From assembly GCA_023388535.1 (NCBI GenBank), contig JAEWFZ010000014.1, positions 3,873-67,872 of the forward strand: 64,000 nucleotides of DNA. The letters run 5' to 3'. Under the pieces are notes generated by a model, which did no database searches, had not been told where the DNA came from, and saw only the letters and a program-made list of their open reading frames with translations. The position numbers were made by a program, and so were the translations under genes. The stretch comes from Bacillota bacterium. GTDB taxonomy: Bacteria; Bacillota_I; Bacilli_A; Erysipelotrichales; Erysipelotrichaceae. This document shows positions 19,353 to 29,702 of this stretch, in pieces. Positions within the stretch are counted from its first letter, which is position 1. The number at the start of each line of letters is the position of its first letter.

Positions 19353-20661
19353 TGGAGTAGTTGCGATAGTAGGTCGACCAAATGTCGGTAAATCGTCGCT
19401 TTTTAATAGAATCATAGGCGATCGTGTCTCCATTGTTGAAGATACGCCTGGAGTTACCAGAGATCGCATTTATGGCCATGTTCAATGGTTGATGAAAGAC
19501 TTACGTTTTATTGATACCGGTGGAATTCAGATGGAAGAACTACCGTTTATTGAAGAAATACGAGTTCAAGTAGAAATCGCCATCGAAGAAGCGGATGTCA
19601 TTATTTTTGTCGTTAACGGTAGGGAAGGGTTAACCAGCGATGATGAAATGATTGCACGGATGTTGCAACTTTCGGGAAAACCAATTGTTCTGGCTGTTAA
19701 TAAAATTGATGATTTCCATCTTTCCTATGATACTTACGAATTTTATAAATTAGGGGTAGGGGAGCCGATCGCTATTTCTTGTGCCCATGGCATTGGTATT
19801 GGTGATCTCTTAGATGAAGTGATTCAAAAATTAGAAGGTAATCGACGCCGTGATACCTATGATGGTTATATAAAATTTGCGATCATCGGTCAACCCAATG
19901 TTGGTAAATCATCTTTAGTCAATGCTATTTTAAATGAAGAACGAGTCATCGTCTCCGATATTGCAGGAACCACTCGCGATGCGATTGATACACCTTTCAA
20001 ATATGAGGGTGAGCAGTACGTAGCGATTGATACAGCGGGAATACGCAAGCGTGGTAAAGTATACGAGTCCGTAGAGAAATACGCCGTATTAAGAGCCTTA
20101 ACAGCGATAGAGCGAGCCGATGTGGTACTTTTCTTAATCGATGGTGAAGCTGGGATTCGCCAACAAGATAAAACCGTTGCCGGTTATGCGCATAACGAAG
20201 GAAAACCGATGATTATTGTTTACAATAAATGGGACACCGTCGATAAAGAAAAACATAGCGTGCAATCAGTGACGGAAGAAATCCGCAACGAATTCTTATA
20301 TTTATCGTACGCGCCAATTGTTTTTGTCTCCGCCAAAACGAAACAAAGAATCCACACCTTAGTACCACTGATTAACCAGGTTTATGAAAGCAGTCAATTG
20401 CGCATCGCTACCTCAGTCGTTAATGAGGTCATTATGGATGCTCAATTATTTACACCACCACCAAGCCATAGTGGTCAGCGCTTAAGGATATACTTTGCTT
20501 CGCAAGTATCCGTCAATCCACCGACCTTTGTCTTATTTGTAAACGATCCTGATCTTTGTCATTTTTCTTACAAGCGCTATTTGGAAAATCGGTTACGTGA
20601 TGCCTTTGAATTTGAAGGGGTACCAATTCGCATTATTCTAAGAAAACGAAATATCAATTAA
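19345..20661 (+). CDS. der: Ribosome biogenesis GTPase Der (EngA)
   Basis: Two tandem GTPase domains ([12 protein letters not shown] and [12 protein letters not shown]) plus a KH-like C-terminus. Confidence 0.93.
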   Translation: MIDGVVAIVGRPNVGKSSLFNRIIGDRVSIVEDTPGVTRDRIYGHVQWLMKDLRFIDTGGIQMEELPFIEEIRVQVEIAIEEADVIIFVVNGREGLTSDDEMIARMLQLSGKPIVLAVNKIDDFHLSYDTYEFYKLGVGEPIAISCAHGIGIGDLLDEVIQKLEGNRRRDTYDGYIKFAIIGQPNVGKSSLVNAILNEERVIVSDIAGTTRDAIDTPFKYEGEQYVAIDTAGIRKRGKVYESVEKYAVLRALTAIERADVVLFLIDGEAGIRQQDKTVAGYAHNEGKPMIIVYNKWDTVDKEKHSVQSVTEEIRNEFLYLSYAPIVFVSAKTKQRIHTLVPLINQVYESSQLRIATSVVNEVIMDAQLFTPPPSHSGQRLRIYFASQVSVNPPTFVLFVNDPDLCHFSYKRYLENRLRDAFEFEGVPIRIILRKRNIN

Positions 20662-20734
20662 GCCATGAATAGTGCTTTTATTGCACTAAATTGATATATT
20701 TGTTATTATGAATACTGTAAATGGAGGAATAATT

Positions 20735-21022
20735 ATGAATAACACATTCAACAAAAAGGCACTAGTAGATACTCTTGCCGAAAGATTAGATTATACGAAG
20801 AAAGCTGCTGGAGATATCGTCGACTTAGTATTAGACGAACTGAAAGATCAATTAGTAGCAGGAAACAAAGTCGATTTAGCTGGCTTTGGGCGTTTCGAAG
20901 TTAAAGAACGTGCTGCACGCGATGGATTCAATCCTCAAACCAAGGAAAAAATTAGAATTCCTGCTTCAAAAGCTTTAACCTTCAGAGTTGCTAAAGCACT
21001 TAAAGACGAAATTAATAAGTAA
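20735..21022 (+). CDS. hup: DNA-binding protein HU
   Basis: MNNTFNKKALVDTLAE...GFGRFEVKERAARDGFNPQTKEKIRIPASK matches HU. SD GGAGG lies 7 nt upstream of the ATG at 20735. Confidence 0.92.
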   Translation: MNNTFNKKALVDTLAERLDYTKKAAGDIVDLVLDELKDQLVAGNKVDLAGFGRFEVKERAARDGFNPQTKEKIRIPASKALTFRVAKALKDEINK

Positions 21023-21023
21023 A

Positions 21024-21050
21024 AAAAGGAAGCTCTAGCTTCCTTTATTT
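21024..21050 (+). terminator. Rho-independent terminator after hup
   Basis: Stem AAAGGAAGC / GCTTCCTTT with a TCTA loop, followed by a T-rich tail. Confidence 0.7.
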
Positions 21051-21076
21051 ATTGGAGATAGAAAGGGGTACAAGCT

Positions 21077-21793
21077 ATGTTATTAACCTTAAACTTATAT
21101 GAAAATATGGATTTTATCCAATTATTACTAATACTATTTGTATTTGTTATTTCACTTGCAGCTCAAGGTTGGGTAAGAGCAAGGTACGCAAAATATAAAA
21201 AGATACCGATTAGTTCAAACCTGACTGGAGCTCAAGTCGCTCAAAGGATTCTTGCTAAACATGGAATTGATTATATCCAATTACAAGAGAATCCATCCGG
21301 TGGTGTATTGAGTGATCATTTCAATCCACAAACCAATGTTGTTAACTTATCTAAAGATGTTTATTACGGCACATCCATTGCTTCGGCCGCTGTAGCGGCT
21401 CATGAAATTGGACATGTCATCCAATACGATACCAAGTTCAGTTTTATTGGATTGAGAAATCGTTTATTACCATTAGCCATCACCGCATCTCAACTTGGTT
21501 GGATTGTACTAATGATTGGTTTGATGAGTAATATCGATGCCTTATTCTTAGCTGGAATTATTGCGATCGGAGTCATCGGCGTATTTCAATTAATAACCTT
21601 ACCAATTGAATTCGATGCTTCCAAACGAGCCATTGCCGAGTTACAAGAAGAACATATCTTAACGTACTCTGAAGTACCACAAGCTAAAGGGATGTTAAAT
21701 GCCGCTGCGTTAACTTACATTGCCGCATTCTTAGGAACCATCGCAACCATCTTAAGATTATTCTTATTACGCGAATCGCGTCGTAGAGATTAG
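21077..21793 (+). CDS. Membrane zinc metallopeptidase (YugP-like)
   Basis: HEIGH zinc motif and several TM segments, 238 aa. Confidence 0.7.
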   Translation: MLLTLNLYENMDFIQLLLILFVFVISLAAQGWVRARYAKYKKIPISSNLTGAQVAQRILAKHGIDYIQLQENPSGGVLSDHFNPQTNVVNLSKDVYYGTSIASAAVAAHEIGHVIQYDTKFSFIGLRNRLLPLAITASQLGWIVLMIGLMSNIDALFLAGIIAIGVIGVFQLITLPIEFDASKRAIAELQEEHILTYSEVPQAKGMLNAAALTYIAAFLGTIATILRLFLLRESRRRD

Positions 21794-21803
21794 TTTAATC
21801 ATC

Positions 21804-21832
21804 AAAAAATGGACCTAATAAGTCCATTTTTA
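21804..21832. terminator. Bidirectional terminator between convergent blocks
   Basis: Stem ATGGAC / GTCCAT flanked by an A6 run on the left and a T5 run on the right. Confidence 0.7.
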
Positions 21833-21845
21833 TTATCTACAACTA

Positions 21846-21873
21846 TATTCGCATAATGTATATTATGACATAA
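21846..21873. other. dif: Candidate dif (Xer recombination) site
   Basis: The site reads TATTCGCATAA-TGTATA-TTATGACATAA. The 18 nt CGCATAATGTATATTATG are identical to the core of E. coli dif (GGTGCGCATAATGTATATTATGTTAAAT). It lies at the gene-polarity switch, abuts the deoB stop and is 1.2 kb from xerD. Confidence 0.6.
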
Positions 21874-23055
21874 TTACTTGAGTTCGTTGAGGAAGGATTT
21901 GCCGTAGCTGGTTGGTTTAGTATTAAAGTTTTCGGTTATGGTGGCCCCTACGTCAGCAAAGGTCATTCTCTTATCGAGTCGATAGTTGCCCTTAAGTGCT
22001 GGCGAATAAATCAATAGCGGAACTTCTTCTCGGGTATGATCGGTGCCTCGATATGTTGGATCATTGCCGTGGTCTGCGGTCAGTATTAACAAATCATCTT
22101 CGGTCACTTTCTTAAGTAGCTCACCAAGTTGTACATCAAAATCTTCAAGGCCTTTACCATAACCCTCTGGGTCACGACGATGGCCCCATAGTGCATCAAA
22201 GTCAACTAAATTTGTAAATAAGAGACCGTTAAACGGTTTATCCATCAAGTTGATAGTTTTAATCATCCCATCTTCGTTAGAAACGGTTCGATTTGATTCA
22301 GAAATGCCTTCGGAATCAAAGATATCATAAATCTTACCTACCGATATAACATCATAATTCGCCTCTTTTAAGAAATCTAAAGCGGTCTTACCATAAGGTT
22401 TTAAAGCATAATCATGACGATTGGCGGTGCGTTTGAATTCCCCTTTTCGAGGTCCAACAAAAGGACGTGCAATAATACGACCTACCTTCCATTCTGGTTT
22501 CATCGTTATCTCGCGAGCAATTTCACAAGCTTTATAAAGATTCTCTAATCCAAAAGTTTCTTCGTGAGCTGCAATTTGTAAGACTGAATCAGCGGAAGTA
22601 TAAACAATCATATCACCCGTGCGCATATGTTCTTCCCCTAGCTCATCTAAAATTACTGTACCACTGGAAGAATAGTTGCCAATGATGCCATGGCCACTAC
22701 GCTCACTCAATTCATCCAACAATTCTTGAGGAAAGCCGGTTTCAGTAAAGGTCTGAAACGCTGAATCTAAGTATAATCCCATCATTTCCCAGTGTCCGGT
22801 CATCGTATCTTTAGAGACCGAAGCTTCCTGCATGGTCGTATAAATAGCATGAGGGTTACTCATCGGCTCTACCCCTTTTAGTGGATGGAGCATACCTAGG
22901 CCTAAATGCGCCAAATTTGGCACGTTTAATCCACCGATGGTATTGGCGATAGATTCTAAGGTATTGGCCCCTTCATCGCCAAATAAAGCCGCATCATGCG
23001 CATTTCCAATGCCTACCGAGTCCATGACGACTACAATAATTCGTTTAAATCTCAT
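21874..23055 (-). CDS. deoB: Phosphopentomutase
   Basis: 393 aa with [14 protein letters not shown] and ADHGNDP metal-binding motifs. Confidence 0.92.
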   Translation of the reverse strand: MRFKRIIVVVMDSVGIGNAHDAALFGDEGANTLESIANTIGGLNVPNLAHLGLGMLHPLKGVEPMSNPHAIYTTMQEASVSKDTMTGHWEMMGLYLDSAFQTFTETGFPQELLDELSERSGHGIIGNYSSSGTVILDELGEEHMRTGDMIVYTSADSVLQIAAHEETFGLENLYKACEIAREITMKPEWKVGRIIARPFVGPRKGEFKRTANRHDYALKPYGKTALDFLKEANYDVISVGKIYDIFDSEGISESNRTVSNEDGMIKTINLMDKPFNGLLFTNLVDFDALWGHRRDPEGYGKGLEDFDVQLGELLKKVTEDDLLILTADHGNDPTYRGTDHTREEVPLLIYSPALKGNYRLDKRMTFADVGATITENFNTKPTSYGKSFLNELK

Positions 23056-23965
23056 TTTTATCCTTCTTTCTTTGATTTAAGGGATGGTAACGATCAAACA
23101 TCTCTCGTTTCTTCTCCATTTCTAAATGGGTGTAAATCTGGGTGGTAGCAATATCCGCATGTCCCAATAGCTCTTGGATAGCTCTTAAATTAGCCCCTTC
23201 GCCAATGAGTGCGGAAGCAAAGCTATGACGCAGCACATGCGGCGTTGCTTTTTTATTTAAACCACTAGATTTAGCACGTTTGGTAATTATATTATAAACA
23301 ATTTGACGAGAGATTGGCATCGATTTGCGATTGATAAAAATATACTGTGAACCTGATTTTTTGTAAATATCACGATAGTTGACTAAATACAATTGGTAAA
23401 CATCGTAAAAAATTTTTGAGAAAGGAACTAACCGTTGTTTTTGCCCCTTCCCTATCACATTAATTAAAGATTCCGATTCAATGATTTGTTTAAATTGTAA
23501 ACTAATCGCTTCACTAACACGCAGTCCCGAACCATAAAGCAACTCCAAAAGCGTCCGATCGAGATAATCATTAGGTTTCTCAAGCTTAAAATCAACCAAC
23601 TGTAAAAACTCTTCATGGGTTAAAAAGTTGGTAATGGTCGGTTTCTCAATTTTGACGGAAATAAACGACGTAGGATCATTGCTTAGATAGCGTTGTAAAA
23701 CTAACCATTTATAAAAGTGATGCAAACTACTCATCATCCGCGCCACGCTTGAAGAAGCATAACTTTCGTTTAAAAGCGCCAAATACTCTAAAATCGCAGT
23801 AGAATCTATAGTTAAGAGATCTAGCTGTTGTTGTTCACAATAGTTTGAAAATAACTCTAAATCCGAACCATAAGCTTTAATTGTGGGGTTAGATAGTTGT
23901 AAAACAAACTTTAGCGACTGTAAAAAGTCTGCTATTAACACTTCACTTCTTTTCATAATTCGCAT
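23045..23965 (-). CDS. xerD: Tyrosine recombinase XerD/XerC family
   Basis: Catalytic residues lie in [20 protein letters not shown] and [14 protein letters not shown]. About 300 aa, typical of Xer recombinases. Confidence 0.8.
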   Translation of the reverse strand: MRIMKRSEVLIADFLQSLKFVLQLSNPTIKAYGSDLELFSNYCEQQQLDLLTIDSTAILEYLALLNESYASSSVARMMSSLHHFYKWLVLQRYLSNDPTSFISVKIEKPTITNFLTHEEFLQLVDFKLEKPNDYLDRTLLELLYGSGLRVSEAISLQFKQIIESESLINVIGKGQKQRLVPFSKIFYDVYQLYLVNYRDIYKKSGSQYIFINRKSMPISRQIVYNIITKRAKSSGLNKKATPHVLRHSFASALIGEGANLRAIQELLGHADIATTQIYTHLEMEKKREMFDRYHPLNQRKKDKNEI

Positions 23966-25106
23966 CGCGCCCTTTTTTTAACACTTCGGCGTCGATAAAA
24001 GTATTAATCTTATGAATAATATCCTTGGAACTAAGTTCAAATTCTTGATTAAAAAGGTTAAAAATTTCATCTTCGATCGGCTGAAATTTATTGATGGTCA
24101 ACGCACAGTATTTCAAACCACCCTCTAATTCCGCTTGATCGTATAACAAAAGCGCATGTTGATAGAGCGCATTAGCGTCGCTAAGCGCTGAAGAAAAAGA
24201 AGTGCTTTTAGAATATTGTTGAAATAAATCATTGCGTAGATTTAAAGTTAAAGCGCTAGCCCCTACTTGTTCAGAGACAAGTTTCTTTTCTAAATCTAAG
24301 GCTTGAGTTCGAATTAGATTACTTATTTCTTCATACTCAAATAAAGGTTCATACAAGGAGTTAGATGCCGAAATTGACTTAACTTGATGTTCAGTTTCAA
24401 TTTCAGAATTATCGTTACCAAAAGCTAATTGTTGAAAATAAAACGCTTGATTCTTTAAAACTAAGGCCAAATCTTCCAAATCAGCCTTAGCTAAATCGCC
24501 AATTTTATTGATTCCTAATGCTTTTAATTTTTCTGAACTAACTTTACCAACGCCATGCATTTTATCAATCGCTAATGGCCATAATTTCGTTTCGATTTCG
24601 CGTTTACGGATAACAAAAATGCCCATCGGTTTTCTGCGATCGGATGCCATCTTTGCTAAGAATTTATTCGGTGCAATACCAATCGAAGACGGAAGCCCAA
24701 GTTCACCTTTTAAAGCCGTTTGTAAATCCAAAGCAAATTGCAAGGGCTTATCGTACTTTAAAATAGTTTCAGTAACATCTAAATAGGCTTCATCGATGCT
24801 AGCCTGTTCTATTTGTGTACTATATCTTTTTAAAAAGTTAATAAATTGTTCTGATTTTTGATGATACCAACGAAAATCAGCGTCAACCGTAATTAAATGA
24901 GGACATTTTTGTTTTGCAATAGCTAAGGGCATCGCCGAATTTACACCAAAACTTCGCGCTTCATAGGACGCGGTAGTAACTACGGCACCCCTAGAATCGG
25001 TACAAACCGCCACCGGTTTACCAATAAGTTGAGGATTTTTTAACTGCTCGCAAGTCGCAAAGAAAGCATTCAAATCGATATGAAAAATAACTCTCGCTTT
25101 ACTCAT
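23943..25106 (-). CDS. dinB: DNA polymerase IV (Y-family)
   Basis: HIDLNAFFATCEQ and SIDEAYLDV motifs, 387 aa. Confidence 0.9.
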   Translation of the reverse strand: MSKARVIFHIDLNAFFATCEQLKNPQLIGKPVAVCTDSRGAVVTTASYEARSFGVNSAMPLAIAKQKCPHLITVDADFRWYHQKSEQFINFLKRYSTQIEQASIDEAYLDVTETILKYDKPLQFALDLQTALKGELGLPSSIGIAPNKFLAKMASDRRKPMGIFVIRKREIETKLWPLAIDKMHGVGKVSSEKLKALGINKIGDLAKADLEDLALVLKNQAFYFQQLAFGNDNSEIETEHQVKSISASNSLYEPLFEYEEISNLIRTQALDLEKKLVSEQVGASALTLNLRNDLFQQYSKSTSFSSALSDANALYQHALLLYDQAELEGGLKYCALTINKFQPIEDEIFNLFNQEFELSSKDIIHKINTFIDAEVLKKGRDANYEKK

Positions 25107-26754
25107 CTTTCATTTGCTCCACTAATTTAATTAAATCCTTGGCGGCAGTAAGCGCCGATTGATTGCTTTTAGCAAACGCTAATTTAGCGATTTCACTAAT
25201 CGTTTCATCACCATCAAGACCTTTAATCTTAACCTCGGTAGAATCCTTCTCGCTTTTTTTAGAAATCAAAAAAAGTTGATCCGCAGATGCAGCAACCGCT
25301 GGTAGATGGGAAATAACAATCAACTGGGAATCTTTGGCCAGTTGGTTCATCTTTAAGCCCATCTGTAAAGCTACTTCTCCACTAACGCCAGTATCAATTT
25401 CATCAAAAACCAAGGTCGTTACTGGACTGACTTTGTTAAATACCGTTTTTAACGCCAACATAAACCGACTTAATTCACCACCCGAAGCAGTTTTAGCTAG
25501 AGAACTAAAGTTAGCCCCAGGATTCATTTGTACTAAAAAGTCCACTTCATCCACCCCGGTACTAAACTCCCCTTCTTTGAAAATTACTTGAAACTGAGCG
25601 TTTTCTAGTTTTAAATCATCTAAATGTACTCTTAAATCCGCTTCTAAGCGTTTTGCGCCTTGTTTACGCAATTGGCTTAAAACTTTCGCCAATTCTTGAT
25701 ACTTTGAGTAGGCCGCTGCTTCTTGCTTCTCAAACTGCTTTAAGCTATAGCTTCGATCTTCAAATAACGAAAGTTGTTCTTCCATTTTGTTTTGATAAGC
25801 GATGAGTTCTTTCGTTTCCATTTGATATTTACGTTTAATCCGACTGTACTCAAATAAGCGTTCTTGAAGTTGATCTAGATTGCTCTCGTTTTCCTCGGTA
25901 GTCAACATTTGATTAACCTGGAGGCTTATTTCTTCAAGTCCGTAATAGTGGTTTTTCATTTCATCAATTAAAATCGGAAAATTATTCGATAAATCGTTTA
26001 TTCTTGATAATTCTGTAAAAGCGGCATGTAAACTCGATAAATCAAGTTTATTAAGATGATTCACCGTATTAGCCAAGGTTTTTTTAGCGTTGTATAGATT
26101 AGTCAATCGCTTAACTTCTTGATTCAATTGTTCTTCTTCTAAAACATTAAGATTAGCTGTTTTTAATTCATTGAGCTGGAATTTGATAAACTCCATCTCG
26201 TTTTGACTAAGCTCTTCTTCTAAAAACTGTTTCTTTTTCTTGCGGATACTAATTAAGTCGTTATACGCCGTTTCAACAGCCTTTAATCGTTCTTGATTGT
26301 CCATCAGACTATCCAAAAGATGTAATTGATATTTACTATTTAATAATTGTTGAGATTCAAACTGAGAATGAATATCTATCTCTTCCGATAAAACCTCTTT
26401 CACTAACTGTAGATTGGTCACTTGGCCATTAATTCGATAAATAGAACGACCGGCTTTAGTTAATAGTCGAGAAAATACCCATTCATCATCACCTAAATAT
26501 TCATGTTCGGATAATAGTTTGAAGGCCTTAGAGTCTTTCTTAAAGGTAAAAATTCCTTCAATAATAACCGAATCGTCATAATTACCAATTACATCGGAAG
26601 AAAAACGAGCGCCCGCTAACAGCGATAAAGCCTCAATAAAAATAGATTTACCGGCACCGGTTTCACCAATAAAAACCGTCATTTCACGGTCTTTTAAAGA
26701 TAGATTAAACTGATTGATCAAAATGTAGTTTGAAATTGATAATTGTTTTAGTAT
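25099..26754 (-). CDS. recN: DNA repair protein RecN; start proposed at ATA 26754 (the ORF-track TTG at 26721 would remove 11 conserved residues)
   Basis: Walker A is GETGAGKS and the C-terminal signature is SGGELSR. The in-frame upstream sequence (I)LKQLSISNYIL aligns with canonical RecN N-termini (MLxxLxIxNFAxI). SD GGGGGA lies 6 nt upstream of the ATA. Confidence 0.8.
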   Translation of the reverse strand: MLKQLSISNYILINQFNLSLKDREMTVFIGETGAGKSIFIEALSLLAGARFSSDVIGNYDDSVIIEGIFTFKKDSKAFKLLSEHEYLGDDEWVFSRLLTKAGRSIYRINGQVTNLQLVKEVLSEEIDIHSQFESQQLLNSKYQLHLLDSLMDNQERLKAVETAYNDLISIRKKKKQFLEEELSQNEMEFIKFQLNELKTANLNVLEEEQLNQEVKRLTNLYNAKKTLANTVNHLNKLDLSSLHAAFTELSRINDLSNNFPILIDEMKNHYYGLEEISLQVNQMLTTEENESNLDQLQERLFEYSRIKRKYQMETKELIAYQNKMEEQLSLFEDRSYSLKQFEKQEAAAYSKYQELAKVLSQLRKQGAKRLEADLRVHLDDLKLENAQFQVIFKEGEFSTGVDEVDFLVQMNPGANFSSLAKTASGGELSRFMLALKTVFNKVSPVTTLVFDEIDTGVSGEVALQMGLKMNQLAKDSQLIVISHLPAVAASADQLFLISKKSEKDSTEVKIKGLDGDETISEIAKLAFAKSNQSALTAAKDLIKLVEQMKDE

Positions 26755-26765
26755 ATTAATTCCCC

Positions 26766-28643
26766 CTACTCGGTTAATAATTCGTGAATTATCTTAATTA
26801 CCGAATCTAAATCGATATTCTCCGCTTTTCTTAAATCCGTCATTGAACCGTGTTCTACATAATTGTCATGCAACCCGACACGATGCAATTTATGATGAAT
26901 ATCGATATCGTTCATATGACAACAGATACTATCGCCGATACCACCGACTTGAATATCGGTTTCGTAAACTAAAATCGGAATTTCCATACCCAAGATTTGA
27001 TCGAGTACTTGATTATCTAAGGGTTTGATAAATCGCATATTGATTACCCAAACCGGCAAGTCTTCTTCTTTTACATATGTATAAACTTCATTAACTTCCC
27101 GCCCATAGGTAAGAATGATTAATTTAGGCTGTTCGCTAACTTTTAAAATTTCCCAGCGTCCGATTTCAATCGCTTCAAACTGTTCGAGCGGTTGATAATA
27201 ATCGTTACCTCTTGGATAACGAATCGCAAACGGGGCTTCATGTTGAAAGGCGGTATAAATTAAATTTTGTAGTTCTTTGCCATCCTTCCCTTGAGCAATG
27301 ACCAAATTTGGTAGTGGTTTTAAAAGACCAATATCAAACACGCCTTGATGGGTATCACCATCTTCACCAACTAAACCAGCTCGATCTACACCAAGAACTA
27401 CCGGTAAATTCATCCGCGTGATATCGTGGTTAATCTGATCATAGCTGCGTTGTAAAAAAGTCGAATAAATTGAGAAAAATGGTTTTTTCCCACTCAATGC
27501 CAACCCAGCAGCAAACGTCGCCGCGTGACCTTCAGTAATCCCGGTATCAATAGCGCGTTCTGGATAGAGTTCAAAGAAACGATCTAAGGCGCTTCCCTTA
27601 CGCATCGCCGGTGTAATAACGACGATATCTTCATCTTCTTGGGCTAAGCGAATTAAGGTTTCGGAAACGATCGATGAATAACTTTTATAATTCTCTTCTA
27701 AACGTTCGATAGTTTCGCCGCTTTCAATGTCAAACTTTGATACCCCATGCCAAGAACCATCATCATCGACTTCACTAAGACGATAGCCCTTACCTTTTTG
27801 GGTCTTTAAATGAACGACAATCGGCCCACCTTCATAATCACGCGCATACTCAAACGCTCTAATCATATCGTTTATATTGTGACCATCGAAAGGACCGACA
27901 TATTGTAGGCCAAACTGGCTAAAAATTGTTTCATCAACCACATTCTTACGGATTTGATTACGAATCGATACAAGACCTTTTTGTAAAGGTTCTAAATATT
28001 TACCACCTTTGGCTAAGACCTTGTTTAAATCAACTTTAAAAGCATTATATGGTTTCCCCACCCGCATGCTATTAAAGCGACTGGCTAAGTGACCAACGTT
28101 TCTAGAAATTGACATAGAATTATCATTTAAGACGATGATAACTTTATGTAAGGAATCACCAATATGATTTAAGGCTTCATAAGCCATGCCATTGGTCATT
28201 GATCCATCGCCAATAACAGCAATGACATGATGCTTTTCTTGATTTAAATCACGCGCTATCGCCATGCCATAGGCCGCGGATAGCGAAGTTCCCGCATGTC
28301 CAGCCTCAAAAACATCGTGTTCACTTTCACTACGTTTTTGAAATCCGGATAACCCTTTAAATTGTCTTAAGCTTGGAAAATCCTTGGCTCGTCCAGTTAA
28401 TACCTTATGGGTATAAGCTTGGTGACCAACATCAAATAAAATCTTATCCTCAGGAGAATTAAAGACTTTATGTAAGGCGATGGTCATCTCAATGGTTCCT
28501 AAATTACTGGACAAATGACCACCCGTCGACGAAACAGATTTTATCAAGAATTCGCGGATATCTTTCGCTAGATCTCGACATTGAGCTACCGTTAAGTCTT
28601 TGACGAATTTAGGATTTTTGATATTTAAAAGATGAGGATTCAT
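26766..28643 (-). CDS. dxs: 1-deoxy-D-xylulose-5-phosphate synthase
   Basis: 625 aa with the ThDP motif GDGSMTNGMAYEALN and transketolase-like domains. Confidence 0.93.
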   Translation of the reverse strand: MNPHLLNIKNPKFVKDLTVAQCRDLAKDIREFLIKSVSSTGGHLSSNLGTIEMTIALHKVFNSPEDKILFDVGHQAYTHKVLTGRAKDFPSLRQFKGLSGFQKRSESEHDVFEAGHAGTSLSAAYGMAIARDLNQEKHHVIAVIGDGSMTNGMAYEALNHIGDSLHKVIIVLNDNSMSISRNVGHLASRFNSMRVGKPYNAFKVDLNKVLAKGGKYLEPLQKGLVSIRNQIRKNVVDETIFSQFGLQYVGPFDGHNINDMIRAFEYARDYEGGPIVVHLKTQKGKGYRLSEVDDDGSWHGVSKFDIESGETIERLEENYKSYSSIVSETLIRLAQEDEDIVVITPAMRKGSALDRFFELYPERAIDTGITEGHAATFAAGLALSGKKPFFSIYSTFLQRSYDQINHDITRMNLPVVLGVDRAGLVGEDGDTHQGVFDIGLLKPLPNLVIAQGKDGKELQNLIYTAFQHEAPFAIRYPRGNDYYQPLEQFEAIEIGRWEILKVSEQPKLIILTYGREVNEVYTYVKEEDLPVWVINMRFIKPLDNQVLDQILGMEIPILVYETDIQVGGIGDSICCHMNDIDIHHKLHRVGLHDNYVEHGSMTDLRKAENIDLDSVIKIIHELLTE

Positions 28644-28644
28644 T

Positions 28645-29490
28645 TTAACTCTTGCGGCTCATCAGATATTCGATCATCTCGTAAACCTTACGGTCTACCA
28701 GACGCAGTTGAGAAAGATGGGTTCGCACTTCACCATATAATTTAGCTACTAATTCCGTCGCTTCTTCAATACTCATGAAGCTCAAAACAGTAACCTTCTT
28801 ATTAGCATCATCGGATCCAACGGTTTTACCTAACTCTTCTTGAGTTTTAATTACATCAAAAATATCATCTTGTATTTGGAAGGCTCGGCCACATTTATAA
28901 CCGACTTCGCGTAAAATCTGACAATCTTTTTTACGGTTCACTAAAATCGCTGCGGACTCTAAGGCGGTAGCTAAAAGCGAACCGGTTTTTAAATCGTACA
29001 TTAAAAGCAACTCTTCTAGATCATTCGGTGACTCTTTTTCGTAGCGAAGATCTAGTGATTGACCTAAAATCATACCATTCATCCCGGCATGATGGGCAAA
29101 CAAAGCAATTAAATCGGTCTTTATTACTGGATCTAGATGACTATTTGCTAAAACTTGAAAAGCCCCCGTCAATAAACCATCACCAGCTAAAATCGCATTA
29201 GCTTCGCCAAAAACAATATGATTGGACGGTGCACCACGACGAAAATCATCGTCATCCATGGCTGGTAAATCATCATGAACTAAACTATAGGTTTGAATCA
29301 TTTCTAAAGCTAAGGCCGCATCAACGCCAATGTAAGGATCTTCTCCGTAATCAGACAAAAGATTAAACAATAATAACGGACGTACCCGTTTACCATCGCC
29401 CAGCAATGAATAGGCTGCGGCTTTTAACACCTCAGAGTCTTGATAATCGGTAACTAGTTCTTCCAATTGTTCTTCAAATTGATGTTTCAT
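28645..29490 (-). CDS. ispA: Farnesyl/geranyl diphosphate synthase
   Basis: DDLPAMDDDDFRRG and FQIQDDIFD aspartate-rich motifs. The ATG at 29490 has SD AGGGAGA 9 nt upstream. Confidence 0.88.
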   Translation of the reverse strand: MKHQFEEQLEELVTDYQDSEVLKAAAYSLLGDGKRVRPLLLFNLLSDYGEDPYIGVDAALALEMIQTYSLVHDDLPAMDDDDFRRGAPSNHIVFGEANAILAGDGLLTGAFQVLANSHLDPVIKTDLIALFAHHAGMNGMILGQSLDLRYEKESPNDLEELLLMYDLKTGSLLATALESAAILVNRKKDCQILREVGYKCGRAFQIQDDIFDVIKTQEELGKTVGSDDANKKVTVLSFMSIEEATELVAKLYGEVRTHLSQLRLVDRKVYEMIEYLMSRKS

Positions 29491-29698
29491 CGTCGTTATT
29501 CTCCCTATTTTCAAACTGGTTAGAGATATCTTGTATCTTTTGTTCATATTCCTTTAATTGTTGATTACAATAAGCCGATAATTTTACGCCTTCTTCAAAT
29601 AAAGCAATACTTTTATCTAAAGACAGGGAATCATCTTCTATCAGTTTTACAATTTCCTGCAGTCGATTCATCGCTTTTTCAAAATTTAGTTCATTCAT
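29474..29698 (-). CDS. xseB: Exodeoxyribonuclease VII small subunit
   Basis: 74 aa, FEKAMNRLQEIVKLIED...LFEEGVKL; paired with xseA. Confidence 0.88.
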   Translation of the reverse strand: MNELNFEKAMNRLQEIVKLIEDDSLSLDKSIALFEEGVKLSAYCNQQLKEYEQKIQDISNQFENRENNDDETSI

Positions 29699-29702
29699 GG
29701 TA

